Source of the DNA: a virus | Lineage: Duplodnaviria; Caudoviricetes | DNA length: 32,901 nucleotides | IMG/VR virus record: IMGVR_UViG_3300020043_005902 | Span: 1-32,901 of that record | Reading direction: 5' to 3' (one strand) | Shown: positions 23,100-32,891 of the stretch, one piece after another | Numbering within the stretch: the first letter of the stretch is position 1 | Layout: each line of letters begins with the position of its first letter | Translations under genes and position numbers: made by a program | The notes under the pieces: generated by a model | What the model was told of the DNA's origin: nothing | The model's input: only the letters and a program-made list of their open reading frames with translations | Databases searched by the model: none

Positions 23100-23816
23100 T
23101 CAGGCGGGCGGAGTGTAGAAGGTGGAGAATCCGCCAGGTTCGGACAGAAGCCAAATCTGGTTGCACTCGAAAACACCCCCGGCCTCCCGGTAGGTCATCG
23201 GACCAACCAACCATTCACGGTCATCGTCAAAAGTCGGTGGCGTGCCCGGTGGCGTGCCAACGTAGCCAACGCCATTCATGGCAACGGGTCGGCTCGACTG
23301 AATCCAACTCTTTGACCACGTGCCAGATGCGTTTAGGTAAGAAGTGATGCCAGCGAGCGGCTTTGAATCGTCTGAGGTGGCATCATACGGGAACCCAACA
23401 AAGCGGCCCAGTTCGTCAAGCGGCTCTTTTCCTTGGCCTTGAACGTAATCAATCACCTCCTCAAACCTTGGGTGCAGTTGAATTTGTCGGCTCTCAAGCG
23501 TGCCGTTCCAAGTGTAGACCGGCGCGACGGTTGAGATGTCCACGCCGGAAATTCCGCCCGTGTAGCCCTCATAAATCACCGTCATCAGGGTGATGTTGCA
23601 GTCGCTCTCGGCAGCCTCAACGGGTTGCGAAACATAAAGACCGGCGATGGTCGCGTGAGGCGTCTGCCAAGCGGGCGCGGCTTGTGCGACGTAATCGGTA
23701 TTGACCTGCCAGACTTCGGTAACACGGGACACGCCGGCTGTCGAAAAAGTCCAGTTGCGGGACTCCACTATGGGGGTCGCGCCGCTTGGTGTCGTTCCGT
23801 TTGAGTGAATGGCCAT
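23100..23816 (-). CDS. Tail protein immediately downstream of the tape measure (distal tail/hub-like)
   Basis: Synteny; IQLHPRF motif; beta-rich composition. Confidence 0.55.
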   Translation of the reverse strand: MAIHSNGTTPSGATPIVESRNWTFSTAGVSRVTEVWQVNTDYVAQAAPAWQTPHATIAGLYVSQPVEAAESDCNITLMTVIYEGYTGGISGVDISTVAPVYTWNGTLESRQIQLHPRFEEVIDYVQGQGKEPLDELGRFVGFPYDATSDDSKPLAGITSYLNASGTWSKSWIQSSRPVAMNGVGYVGTPPGTPPTFDDDREWLVGPMTYREAGGVFECNQIWLLSEPGGFSTFYTPPA

Positions 23817-23819
23817 GGG

Positions 23820-25196
23820 TTAGAGCAGTCCGTTTAGAAGTTTGTCCATCTTGGCCACAATCTGAGCCTCAAGTGCCTTTCGTTCGTCCATCTTCCGGTT
23901 CGTTTCCGAAATAAGTTGCTCGACTTTGTTCTGACTGATTTCGGCAACAGCACGTCCGCCAAAACCCATTTGCGTTGCAGAACTGGCAACGACTCCACCT
24001 GAGCTTTTCAGCTTTGAAAGGTCGGCAAGCTTTTGGGTGAGGTCTTCAATTGACGCCTCCTTTTTCTTCGTCTTTTCGCCACGAATCGCGTCAAGCTGAT
24101 CCTGGTATTCCTTGAGGGCTTTAATGTCTCCATTTATAGCATCTTCCGTCGCTTTGTTTTTTCTTTTTTCGGAGTCAGATGCCTCGCCAAGCAGTTTAAT
24201 TTGCTCCTTCAACGCCTCGTTGACCGCTTTGGGGCCGGCGGCGGGGTCGGCTTTTGGTGCCGCGCCAATGTCGTCAAAAGCATTTCCTATTGCTTTGGCG
24301 TGGGTCCTAGCGTCCTCAAGAATCGAAGCCAAGCTTTCCCTTACTCCGTTCTTTAGCGCATCAAAACCACGCTGGACCCTTTCATCGTCAAAAGCCAGTG
24401 TTCCCAAAAGGACTTCACTGAACGCAAAGATGGCATCGGTCCCGACCGCCATTAGGTTTGATAAAACTTGGAAAGGCGTGATGAGCGAAGCGTATATGAC
24501 CTGCCCGGCCAGCTTCATAACCTTGATGAAGTTCGTAAAAACAGGCAGAACCGTAGTCTTGGCGTCCGACGCCAGTTGGTCCAACTCATCGTCAAGGGCG
24601 GCGGCGTTCTTTGTCGCTGTCACCATCTCCTCCGAAACCGGGCGGACTCCATCAACGGCGATCTTTTCAAGCAGCGGGAGAAGCGACTCAAACTTGCCTC
24701 CGGTGTCACCTAGAAGGACGCCAAGGATGGCCAGCTTTTCGGCCTGTGTGTCAACGCTGCCAATAGCCTTGGCAAGCGTGGCAAAGAGTTCTTCGGGCTG
24801 CTGTTGGCGGAGTGTTTCAACGTCCGTGCCGAGAGCCTTCAAAACGCCCCCCATTTTCTCTCCGGCCTTGGGGTCGTTTAGTTCGATAATGAACTTTTTG
24901 ACGGCCTTGGCGGCGGACTCCAAAGACGCGCCGGTTTGTTGCGCATCGTCTTTGATGGAGAGCAGGAACTTGACGGAAACGCCAGCCTTGTCGGCAGCGT
25001 CGGAAACGTCCGCAAATTCCTTCACGATGCCAGACAGGGCGGAGGTTACGGCAGCGGTGCCGAGAACGCCCGCAAGCCCGCCTTTCAGCGTGTCCCCGAT
25101 GCCGTTGCCCCATGACTTCACGGCGGCGCGGCTCTTGGCGAGTCCGGCTTGCAAGGCTGTGATGTCAGCCCCGAACTTTACAACAGTGTCAGCCAT
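23820..25196 (-). CDS. Tail tape measure protein (short, 458 aa)
   Basis: MADTVVKFGADITALQAGL; Ala/Leu/Lys-rich helical sequence; follows the tube and chaperone genes. Confidence 0.8.
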   Translation of the reverse strand: MADTVVKFGADITALQAGLAKSRAAVKSWGNGIGDTLKGGLAGVLGTAAVTSALSGIVKEFADVSDAADKAGVSVKFLLSIKDDAQQTGASLESAAKAVKKFIIELNDPKAGEKMGGVLKALGTDVETLRQQQPEELFATLAKAIGSVDTQAEKLAILGVLLGDTGGKFESLLPLLEKIAVDGVRPVSEEMVTATKNAAALDDELDQLASDAKTTVLPVFTNFIKVMKLAGQVIYASLITPFQVLSNLMAVGTDAIFAFSEVLLGTLAFDDERVQRGFDALKNGVRESLASILEDARTHAKAIGNAFDDIGAAPKADPAAGPKAVNEALKEQIKLLGEASDSEKRKNKATEDAINGDIKALKEYQDQLDAIRGEKTKKKEASIEDLTQKLADLSKLKSSGGVVASSATQMGFGGRAVAEISQNKVEQLISETNRKMDERKALEAQIVAKMDKLLNGLL

Positions 25197-25788
25197 TGGC
25201 GGCGGTCTTTGGTTGGGTGTTTTTTGCGGCCAATTGGCGAAGAAGCGCGATCCGTGCGGACTCGGCAGCGGGGTCAACAATTTTGAGTCTTGCGCCTTCG
25301 TTTACCGCGTGCTGTGCGATGTTCCAGTCGAGCATCCCAAGGGACATTGACCATGCGCGAAACTCCGTCAGTCCGGACTTCTTCCCCATGTCAACGCGGC
25401 TGAAAAATCCGTCCCCTTGCGCCTCGCTCGTTTCCGTTCCGACCGGCAAGCGGATGGTCGGTGAACTGAGGTTGTCGGCAAGGTAGGTCTGGATCTGCTT
25501 CGTTACCGAAACAAGGTTCCCGCGAATGGCGAGCCATGCAAGGGCGGCGATTTCGCGCCAACCGTTGCACTCATCCGGCCAGCCTTTCGGACGGCTGGTC
25601 TTGGGGTCAATTGGCCGTGAGCAAATGCGGAGAAACGTCACCAAGTCGCGAGGGTCGAGGGCGTCGGTGAACACGTTGACGCCGGATGCCTCCAAAGCCG
25701 CCGCGTGTGCCGCCGATAGCGGTTCCAAGCGGTAGCCAAGGATGGAATGGGAGCGGAACCCAAAGGCGGCGGCGGCAACGGCGTTCAC
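25189..25788 (-). CDS. Probable tail assembly chaperone
   Basis: Between tail tube and tape measure; ILGYRLEPLS...AWSMSLG. Confidence 0.55.
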   Translation of the reverse strand: MNAVAAAAFGFRSHSILGYRLEPLSAAHAAALEASGVNVFTDALDPRDLVTFLRICSRPIDPKTSRPKGWPDECNGWREIAALAWLAIRGNLVSVTKQIQTYLADNLSSPTIRLPVGTETSEAQGDGFFSRVDMGKKSGLTEFRAWSMSLGMLDWNIAQHAVNEGARLKIVDPAAESARIALLRQLAAKNTQPKTAANG

Positions 25789-25796
25789 GCGGCAGT

Positions 25797-26213
25797 TTAG
25801 GCTTTGGCGGTGGCGGTGAAACCTTCACACCAGCGGAGTTCGGCGGTAAACTCGATGTCTTCGCCGCTGGCGTAGTTGTGCGCATCGTCCATGATCTCAA
25901 ACGTGCGGTTGTGGTCGCTGTTGACCATGGACGAAAGGACAATGATGCCACCGCGTTTAATGTAAACGGTAGTGCCGCTCGTCAGGTAAGAGCCGGTGAC
26001 GCTTCCGGCGATTTGCTCATCGTCCATGCGTGATCCGACCGTGATTCCGGCGGCTTGACTCATGATGTCCTTGCGCTTGGTGTGGGTGCCTTTGAGCGAG
26101 GTCGCGGAAATGATGCCGTTGATGACAGCAGCACTTCCGCCGCCGGGGGGAGTGTAAGTGAAGGTTCCGGCAATGCCGTTGATGACGCCGGTTCCGTTGG
26201 TATGTGAGGCCAT
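25797..26213 (-). CDS. Probable tail tube protein
   Basis: 138 aa, beta-rich; synteny. Confidence 0.55.
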   Translation of the reverse strand: MASHTNGTGVINGIAGTFTYTPPGGGSAAVINGIISATSLKGTHTKRKDIMSQAAGITVGSRMDDEQIAGSVTGSYLTSGTTVYIKRGGIIVLSSMVNSDHNRTFEIMDDAHNYASGEDIEFTAELRWCEGFTATAKA

Positions 26214-26247
26214 AAGTGTGAGTTGTTAAGGGTTGGTTGTGAAGAGT

Positions 26248-26694
26248 TTAGTCGTTTAGTATTCCAGCGACGGGCGTGGAGAAGTTGAAACGCAAAGTGT
26301 TTTCAACCGATGAGTTTGCCTGTGTTAATACCAGCAGGTAAATTGATCCGGTAGTCGCCACGTCTGCAATGTCGCACATCTTGCCCGGAGTGCTGGAAAG
26401 CCCGTAAAGCCTTCCAGGGACGGGACCGGTTCCGACTGGCAACTCCGTGTCGCGTTGGATGAGGTTGAAACGCTGCCCGGCAACTGCCCCGTTGGCGACG
26501 ATTCCAGCAACGGTTGACTTCTCCGCCGTGCTGTTGTCGGCGAGCCAGTATCGGCCATCACTAGCTTTTTTGTAAACGAACATTCCAGCTGTCAAGGTCT
26601 CTCCGGCGATGACAGGAAAGGAATTGAAAACGGCAGTAGTCGGGCTGGTTTCGTTTGGAAGAATTGAGGCGGCTGTCAGTGTGATGGTAGCCAT
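26248..26694 (-). CDS. Structural protein, capsid cement/decoration-like
   Basis: AGETLTAGMFVYKKASDGRYWLAD...GRLYGLSSTPGK. Confidence 0.55.
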   Translation of the reverse strand: MATITLTAASILPNETSPTTAVFNSFPVIAGETLTAGMFVYKKASDGRYWLADNSTAEKSTVAGIVANGAVAGQRFNLIQRDTELPVGTGPVPGRLYGLSSTPGKMCDIADVATTGSIYLLVLTQANSSVENTLRFNFSTPVAGILND

Positions 26695-26696
26695 GA

Positions 26697-27125
26697 TTAA
26701 GCTGGGTTGTTTTGGTTATCGTCCCGAACGCGGGCGGTGTAATTGAAAGTGGTAGTTCTCACCCGGTCCTCGGTGATGGTGCCGGATTCGCCAGGCGTCC
26801 ATGTGGTGAGTGTAAAAGCGGGGATGGTTGCAGCGGCTTCGGTCACTGTTTTTTTGTCTCCGAACGCGGCCTCAACTTCGGCGGCGATCTCGTCATGTTC
26901 GGCGGCGGGGTCGTCGTCTGCGTTGCTTTCGACTGTGACCGTAATTGTGGCCGTCCGCTCGCCGTTCTCATATTGAAAGCGGGTGTTCCATCCGGTGACA
27001 GCCTGAACGCCGATAAATGGCCGCTCTTTCACGTTCTCGCCAAACGTGGTGAAATACTTCGGCGCGGAAGTATCGCCAAGCGCGGCATCAATGAACTCCT
27101 CAACCTTGCGGGCCAGTGTTTTCAT
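26697..27125 (-). CDS. Probable tail terminator/completion protein
   Basis: 142 aa, acidic; position after the neck gene. Confidence 0.55.
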   Translation of the reverse strand: MKTLARKVEEFIDAALGDTSAPKYFTTFGENVKERPFIGVQAVTGWNTRFQYENGERTATITVTVESNADDDPAAEHDEIAAEVEAAFGDKKTVTEAAATIPAFTLTTWTPGESGTITEDRVRTTTFNYTARVRDDNQNNPA

Positions 27126-27973
27126 TTTCCAAGCCTCGCTTTCCTAGCCGCAAAACGGGCTTGGTTGACCAGCTGCTTTTCAAGGTTGCGGGTTTCAAGG
27201 GTTATGGCACGGTCCATTGCCCCGGTCCGCATAGCACGGAAGGCCGCTTGGTGTGTGTTTGACAGAACTGCAACGGGCTTGTCGGCTGAACCTTCCCAAC
27301 TGCCTTTGCCGGTCACAATCTTTTGCTTCCTTGTCTTTAGTTTCGGGAGGTAGTCAGTCGAACGTCCGGCGCGGAAGTGGCGAGATGCGACAACCCATCC
27401 ATTGGCGATGGAACCGCGTTTGCCTTGAATCTTTCGAGTCAATGTTGTCCGGCTTGGGTGAGCCTCTGGAATAATAATGCAATTCCAGAAGACAAGCGCC
27501 CTGCCCTGTTTGTTAACGTGGCCAGCTCCGGCAGATTCATTCTTAAAGGTCTTGAGTGTTGACTCATTTGCCGATCCTGCAATTCGAGCGCGAAAGCCAG
27601 CAAAGCAATTTAGGATTTTTACAGCCTCGGCAAGTTCTCCATTGATCCACTTATGAAGCATGATCTTGAGCATCCGGCTTGAATAATCATAATCACTCTC
27701 TTTGCTTCCAGATGGCTTACCTGAGCACATGAGACCGCTTTCCACAATGGCGTTATGGACCCGATAGGGTCTTGGGTAAGCACGACGCACTATAGAGTCG
27801 GCCCTTGCATCTGTGCCCTTGCTGTTGAACGGGAAAGTATCGCGGGCAAGCTGGACTCCGATGCGGGCGGCACTGTCACCAATGGCCTTGCGTAGTCCGC
27901 CCTTGACGCCCTTGGAAACGTCTAAAAGGCGGGCTTGCAAAAGGCGGGTGTCGGCTGTAATGATGAAGCTCAT
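27122..27973 (-). CDS. Neck / tail-completion protein (HK97 gp10-like position), basic
   Basis: Start MSFIITAD with ATGA overlap; synteny. Confidence 0.5.
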   Translation of the reverse strand: MSFIITADTRLLQARLLDVSKGVKGGLRKAIGDSAARIGVQLARDTFPFNSKGTDARADSIVRRAYPRPYRVHNAIVESGLMCSGKPSGSKESDYDYSSRMLKIMLHKWINGELAEAVKILNCFAGFRARIAGSANESTLKTFKNESAGAGHVNKQGRALVFWNCIIIPEAHPSRTTLTRKIQGKRGSIANGWVVASRHFRAGRSTDYLPKLKTRKQKIVTGKGSWEGSADKPVAVLSNTHQAAFRAMRTGAMDRAITLETRNLEKQLVNQARFAARKARLGK

Positions 27974-28293
27974 TTTGCCTGATCCTTTGCTGTGCAACGA
28001 AGGGTGAAGGAAAGCCCGTTGTCAAATACCTGGGCGATTCGGTAGGAGCGGCCCTCGAAGGTCAAAATCTGACCTTGCAAGCTGTCCACCGTGTGACCGG
28101 CCAAGTCAGATTTGCGCGCGGAAAATGGGGCCGATTCCTGATTCATAAAGCCGTCAACTTCAACGGCTTTCGTCCGGTCAATGGCTGAAACCACAACTGG
28201 GAAAGAACGTCCGTTTACCGTGGCCATGGTGTCTCTTGCCAGCGTGTCACTGACAGATTGCAAACCGCCGCCGATGAGGTCTCTCAGTCCCAT
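27970..28293 (-). CDS. Head-tail joining protein (lambda gpFII-like)
   Basis: 107 aa; GQILTFEGRSYRIAQV. Confidence 0.6.
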   Translation of the reverse strand: MGLRDLIGGGLQSVSDTLARDTMATVNGRSFPVVVSAIDRTKAVEVDGFMNQESAPFSARKSDLAGHTVDSLQGQILTFEGRSYRIAQVFDNGLSFTLRCTAKDQAK

Positions 28294-28302
28294 TTTTTGC
28301 CC

Positions 28303-28334
28303 AAAAAACCCGCGTCCGGTGAAGGATAGCGGGT
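28303..28334 (-). terminator. Terminator after the major capsid gene
   Basis: ACCCGC-TA-TCC...GGA-C-GCGGGT-TTTTT. Confidence 0.6.
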
Positions 28335-28359
28335 CGCTTGGTTGGTTCAGTGCCGAACT

Positions 28360-29490
28360 TTAGCCGAGGAGGATTGCGCCGTGGCGAGGATTCATCACGG
28401 AAACGCCCCAGTTCAGAGCGATTTCGTAGGTGATCATTCGCTGGCCAGGCCAGACAACCAACTCGAAGCTGATGCCGGAGACCGGGTCGGTGATGGTTTC
28501 GCGGAACAAGGCAAGGTCACCTTCTTCGGGTGTTTCGGGCAGGCGGGTGGCGAGTGTGGCGAAGTCGCGGGAGAATCCGATGTTGGCAGTGAAGTTATTG
28601 CCAACGGTGATTGCGGTGTTGTCAGCGACGGCAGCAATCAGACCGGGCTCGGCAATCGTCACTGTTCCGCCGGAAAGGGCGGAGGCGACAACGTATTTGT
28701 TGGTGTCGCCCGCAAAGGTGATGACATCGCCCGCAAGGATGGTGCCGGAGCCGGTGTCAACGGTGATGGCGGTGTCACCAATGGCGAATGCGGCGGTGGT
28801 CTGGTAGCTGGTGCCGGTGCCCTTGGTAACTACGGCAACCTTGGCGTCTTCACGGATCATAAACCCATTGGAATCAAGGAGAACGCCGTTGCGCACGGAA
28901 TCAGTTCCAAGGCTGGAATTGGCGTTCAGCGGGTTGTTGAGCAGCGTGCGAAGCTTGGCTCCGGCGGTGGTGCCGAGGATGAGGTGGCGGTCTCCTTCGG
29001 GCGCGCCGTTGTCCTTCAAAATCTTGGCGAGTTCGGAGGATGCCGACAGGTCGGAAGCGAAGGGAGTGGTCGCGGCAGTGCCGTAAGCGCGGGAAGCGCC
29101 AACGCGGAGGGCGGCGTAAACATCGGTGGAAACTTCGCCAACGGCGGCGCGGATGGCCTGGGCGATTTGCTGCTGCTTGATGTTCAAGATGTTCGGCCCA
29201 AGGGACTGAACCTCATAGGCGGCCCAAGAGAACGGAAACGCGCGGGACTTGGTGATGGTCAGAGACTTGTTGCCGATGGTCTGGTAAGCGGCGGGGGGGA
29301 TGGACATCGCCGGAGTGGCATCGCGTCCGGCAGTATTAACCGGGGCGATAGGCGAGCGGAGGGTCTGGCCTTGGGCGAGACGGTCGGCAGTGCTGTCTCG
29401 GTTGACGGCGGGAATAAATCCGACGACCTCGCGGCTGACAACGGCCAGCGCGGCGTAAGCATCGGTAACGAGGTTGGTGAATGTGTTCAT
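28360..29490 (-). CDS. Major capsid protein, P22 coat-like, with an inserted beta domain
   Basis: VVSREVVGFIPAV, ILKDNGAP, ITDPVSGISFE, EIALNWGV; follows the protease gene. Confidence 0.85.
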   Translation of the reverse strand: MNTFTNLVTDAYAALAVVSREVVGFIPAVNRDSTADRLAQGQTLRSPIAPVNTAGRDATPAMSIPPAAYQTIGNKSLTITKSRAFPFSWAAYEVQSLGPNILNIKQQQIAQAIRAAVGEVSTDVYAALRVGASRAYGTAATTPFASDLSASSELAKILKDNGAPEGDRHLILGTTAGAKLRTLLNNPLNANSSLGTDSVRNGVLLDSNGFMIREDAKVAVVTKGTGTSYQTTAAFAIGDTAITVDTGSGTILAGDVITFAGDTNKYVVASALSGGTVTIAEPGLIAAVADNTAITVGNNFTANIGFSRDFATLATRLPETPEEGDLALFRETITDPVSGISFELVVWPGQRMITYEIALNWGVSVMNPRHGAILLG

Positions 29491-29535
29491 TTTTTTCTAA
29501 GTTCTTGAGTTGGAGTTGTTTGGGTTGAGTGGTTT

Positions 29536-30489
29536 TCAGACAATCTTGCCGCCGGAAGCAGAAAAGGAGGTCTTTTCGGCGGGGGTCATGGCCTTAAATT
29601 CGGCATGAGTAACTTGACCGGAAGCGGCGGGGGATGCGTTGACCGTCTCGGCTTTAATCGGCTGCTTCACGCCAGCGGCCTTGACGATCTCGGCAACCTT
29701 CACGTTGACGGAGTTCTGAACGGCTTTGAGGGCGGCGGTGTGGGCTTCCTTGTCGGCTTCAATTTGTTTCGTCAGCGAAACAATGGATGCTTGAGCGGTC
29801 ACAAGGTCAGAGTCGGCTTGAACGCGGGCGGCGGTGAGTTTTTCAGACTCGGCGAGGCTGGCCCGCATGGTCTTGTTTTCATCCGCCATTTTGCGGACCA
29901 TCTTAACCGCATCTTCTGCGGCCATGGTCTCAACTTGCTCTTGGGTAATGAGGCCAAGGTCAATGAGGACGGAAAGGATTTCGGTTTTGTAGTAGTCCAT
30001 AGAGGTAAGGGAGGCGGCGATCTTGCCGATGTTTTGGAAAGCGGGAGTGTTGACCAATCCGCCAACGGTGCCGGGGAGGTTTAAGCCTGTCACCTTGCCG
30101 TCTTTTTGGAACCACTCGGGGGAGAAGTAGGAGAAGTCCTTGCCCTCGACTGCGGCCTTGCCTGATGCGGTCCATTCAAGGTCAAGCATCACGCCCTTTC
30201 CTTCTTCCCAACGGAACGCGGTGGGGAGGGCGGCTGCGGTCTTTCCTTCGTGGGCAAAGTCGACAAACGGGCGGGAGGCGGTGCCGGATTCAGCGGCGGA
30301 GATAGCAGCGGCAAGTTCGCTTTGGAGCAGGTCCGCCGTTTCCTTGCTCACAGTCACCTCGACTTGCGCGGGCTTGCCTCCCTTGGAGGCGGAGATGGAG
30401 GATTTGCCAGACGGGAAAAACAAGATGGAAGAAGGCGCGGCTCCGTCAAAGCCCTTGGCCTCAAAGTTGGCGCGGTATGTCTCCTTCAT
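29536..30489 (-). CDS. Mu gpI-like prohead protease with a C-terminal scaffold
   Basis: FVDFAHE, LEWTASGKAAVEGKDFSYFSPEW, GLVNTPAF, then coiled coil. Confidence 0.8.
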   Translation of the reverse strand: MKETYRANFEAKGFDGAAPSSILFFPSGKSSISASKGGKPAQVEVTVSKETADLLQSELAAAISAAESGTASRPFVDFAHEGKTAAALPTAFRWEEGKGVMLDLEWTASGKAAVEGKDFSYFSPEWFQKDGKVTGLNLPGTVGGLVNTPAFQNIGKIAASLTSMDYYKTEILSVLIDLGLITQEQVETMAAEDAVKMVRKMADENKTMRASLAESEKLTAARVQADSDLVTAQASIVSLTKQIEADKEAHTAALKAVQNSVNVKVAEIVKAAGVKQPIKAETVNASPAASGQVTHAEFKAMTPAEKTSFSASGGKIV

Positions 30490-30496
30490 GGTCTTC

Positions 30497-30519
30497 TTAT
30501 TGCAAAGTTTTTGCGTTAA
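30497..30519 (-). promoter_or_regulatory. Conserved late-region motif TTAACGCAAA-N4-TTGCAATAA (copy upstream of the protease gene)
   Basis: 7 nt upstream of the ATG at 30489; same arms as 21924-21946. Confidence 0.55.
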
Positions 30520-31351
30520 GGTCAAGCGGTTTGTTGCAAATCTTTTGCAGGAACCGCCGTCTGCGTGCCGTCAAGCATCGCAAGCGCCTCACTTCCAAGG
30601 TTTTGCAGAATCCAGAGGCGGCGGTATTGGTCATAAGTAATACCCAAACTGTCCGCCCCCTTCTGAAATTCTTCTTCAGGGGTCTGACCGTAAAGGGCAA
30701 AATACTCATCAATGGACATGTTCATCGTCCTGACCTCTTCCAAGATGGCCTTGGTATCCCTGCCAAGGTCAATTGAGAGGTCACGCGGGCGGCGGAAACC
30801 TACGTCCCACCAACCGTCAACGGCCTCGACTCGCTTGGCGTCAATCTCATAGGCCAGCCAATGCAGCATCAGGCGCTGAAGGACAGGCCACAGGATGGCG
30901 TCTTGAATCATTTCAATCCTGACCTTCGCCTTTTCGATAATCGTCCGCTGTTGGGTGCCTTGTGTGCTGCCAAGGAAAACAAAGTCGTATGGCCAGCGCA
31001 CGGCCGAACAAAACTCCCGAACAAAGTTTTCCTTGAACGGGATGAAGTATTGGCCTGGATATTCCGGGCGCATGTTCGTGATTTTGGAGCCAACCGGAAC
31101 ACGCTGCATGGTTACGCCGGTAATTTTTTCAAACCGTTGACCGCCTGGGATGTCGGCAGTCGGAGCGGTCTTGATTCCCAGCGTGGCGTCCTTGGCGCTT
31201 TGAGTAGGGCCGCCGTCCTCATACAGAACGGCGGTTGAGAGTTGCAGTTTGTAGCCAACTTTCGCCAGTGCGTTCAGTTCGGAGACATCAAACAGCGAGT
31301 TAATGGAGGATGTCCAAGACGGACCAACTCGCAACTGTCCAGCCCTGACCG
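30506..31351 (-). repeat. Left arm (846 bp) of a diverged inverted duplication
   Basis: Reverse complement matches 32056-32901 at both ends, has the same length and encodes a colinear protein. Confidence 0.9.
30522..31351 (-). pseudogene. C-terminal ~275 aa of portal 2, variant allele lacking its N-terminus
   Basis: From VRAGQLRV onward it matches 31440-32891 with 24 substitutions plus a different last few residues. The frame is intact, but the first ~25 aa of ORF 30522-31424 are unrelated. Confidence 0.8.
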
Positions 31352-31428
31352 ATGCGCAGTTTGAAGCGTTTGTATATGAAGAGGTTACGTCCGGCATCCG
31401 CCCCAACTTTGGTTCCGTCACCAACTGA
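31342..31428 (+). pseudogene. 3' end of a gpW-like gene upstream of portal 2, truncated by the inversion junction
   Basis: Reads ALTDAQFEAFVYEEVTSGIRPNFGSVTN*, ending 11 nt before the portal ATG. The ending IRPNF parallels LRADF of 1606-1938. Confidence 0.5.
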
Positions 31429-31439
31429 CCGCCGCCGCC

Positions 31440-32891
31440 ATGTTCCTCAAGATTTTTCCCACCCTTAAATCCTCCTTTCCCTACGTTTTTTGGGGCGGAT
31501 CAACGTCCTTCACCGAGGGCGCGCAGACGAACGAAAACCGCAACAAGTCCGGAGCCGTCGAGCCGCGTTCCGTGATGGAGGAAATTTCCTCCTATTCGCG
31601 ATGGGAGGCTGTGAAGTTCTGCCGCTTCATCGAAAACAACCAGTCCGCTACCGCTGGCATTATTTCCGACATGGTGGATTACTCCGTGCGCACCGGTTTG
31701 ATTCCCGTTTTTCGAGGCGGGGATAAGGCTTGGCGCGCCAAAGTCACCAAGAGTTTCAAAGAGTTTTGTAAATCACCAACCGCCGCCGGAACGAACGACC
31801 TGACAGCCGAGTTAAAGGTCATCGCCCGTGCTGTGTTCCGCGACGGCGAGGTTTTCCCCATGTTCACGGAGAAGCCAGACGGGACGCCATGCCTTCAAAC
31901 GCTTGAAACTCATGTCTTTAAGAATAAGTTCGGCGGAGTTCCTGCCGATGGTTTTATTGACGGCGTTCGTTACAATGAGGCCGGAGAACCGCTTGAATAC
32001 CAGACATTTACAGGCGAGAAGCGACCCGCCTCCGCCATCCTCCACATTTGCGAGCCGGTCAGGGCTGGACAGTTGCGAGTCCCTCCGCCTTGGACCTCCT
32101 CAATCAATAACCAGTTTGATGTCAACGAGTTGAACGCGCTGGCAAAGGTCGGTTATAAACTGCAACTCACCACTCCGGTTCTTTATGAAGACAGTGGACC
32201 GGCTCAAAGCGCCAAGAACAGCACGCTAGGAATCCAAACCGCCCCGACTGCCGACAGCCCCGGCGGTCAACGTTTTGAAAAAGTCACAGGCGTAACCATG
32301 CAGCGTGTTCCAGTTGGTTCCAAGATCACGAACATGCGACCGGAATACCCAGGCCAGTTCTTCATTCCGTTCAAGGAGTCATTCATTCGGGAGCTGTGCG
32401 CTTGCCTCCGCTGGCCCTACGACTTCACGTTCCTTGGCAGCACGCAAGGCACCCAACAGCGGACCATCATTGAAAAGGCTAAGGTCCGCATCGAAATGAT
32501 TCAAGACGCCATCCTCTGGCCTGTTCTTCAACGCCTGATGCTGCATTGGCTGGCCTATGAAATTGAAGCCAAGCGAGTCGAGGCCGTTGACGGATGGTGG
32601 GACGTAGGTTTCCGCCGCCCGCGCGACCTCTCAATTGACCTCGGACGCGACACCAAGGCCATCTTGGAAGAGGTTCGCACGATGAACATGTCCATTGATG
32701 AGTATTTTGCCCTTTACGGTCAGACCCCCGAAGAGGAATTTCAGAAAGGCGCGGACAGTTTGGGCATTACCTATGACCAATACCGCCGTCTTTGGATTCT
32801 GCAAAACCTTGGAAATGAGGCGCTTGCGATGCTTGACGGCACGCAGACGGCGGTTCCTGCAAAAGATTTGCAACAAGCCGATTTACCTTAA
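31440..32891 (+). CDS. Phage portal protein, lambda family (portal 2), 483 aa
   Basis: CRFIENN, FRDGEVF, DGVRYNEAGEPLEY, GQLRVPPPW, RPRDLSIDLGRD. Confidence 0.85.
   Translation: MFLKIFPTLKSSFPYVFWGGSTSFTEGAQTNENRNKSGAVEPRSVMEEISSYSRWEAVKFCRFIENNQSATAGIISDMVDYSVRTGLIPVFRGGDKAWRAKVTKSFKEFCKSPTAAGTNDLTAELKVIARAVFRDGEVFPMFTEKPDGTPCLQTLETHVFKNKFGGVPADGFIDGVRYNEAGEPLEYQTFTGEKRPASAILHICEPVRAGQLRVPPPWTSSINNQFDVNELNALAKVGYKLQLTTPVLYEDSGPAQSAKNSTLGIQTAPTADSPGGQRFEKVTGVTMQRVPVGSKITNMRPEYPGQFFIPFKESFIRELCACLRWPYDFTFLGSTQGTQQRTIIEKAKVRIEMIQDAILWPVLQRLMLHWLAYEIEAKRVEAVDGWWDVGFRRPRDLSIDLGRDTKAILEEVRTMNMSIDEYFALYGQTPEEEFQKGADSLGITYDQYRRLWILQNLGNEALAMLDGTQTAVPAKDLQQADLP

Noticed and set aside
24112-25350. 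412-aa plus-strand ORF
   Set aside because: Antisense shadow of the tape measure gene; Ser/Ala/Phe-biased with no motifs.
28342-29508. 388-aa plus-strand ORF
   Set aside because: Antisense shadow of the major capsid gene caused by codon bias.
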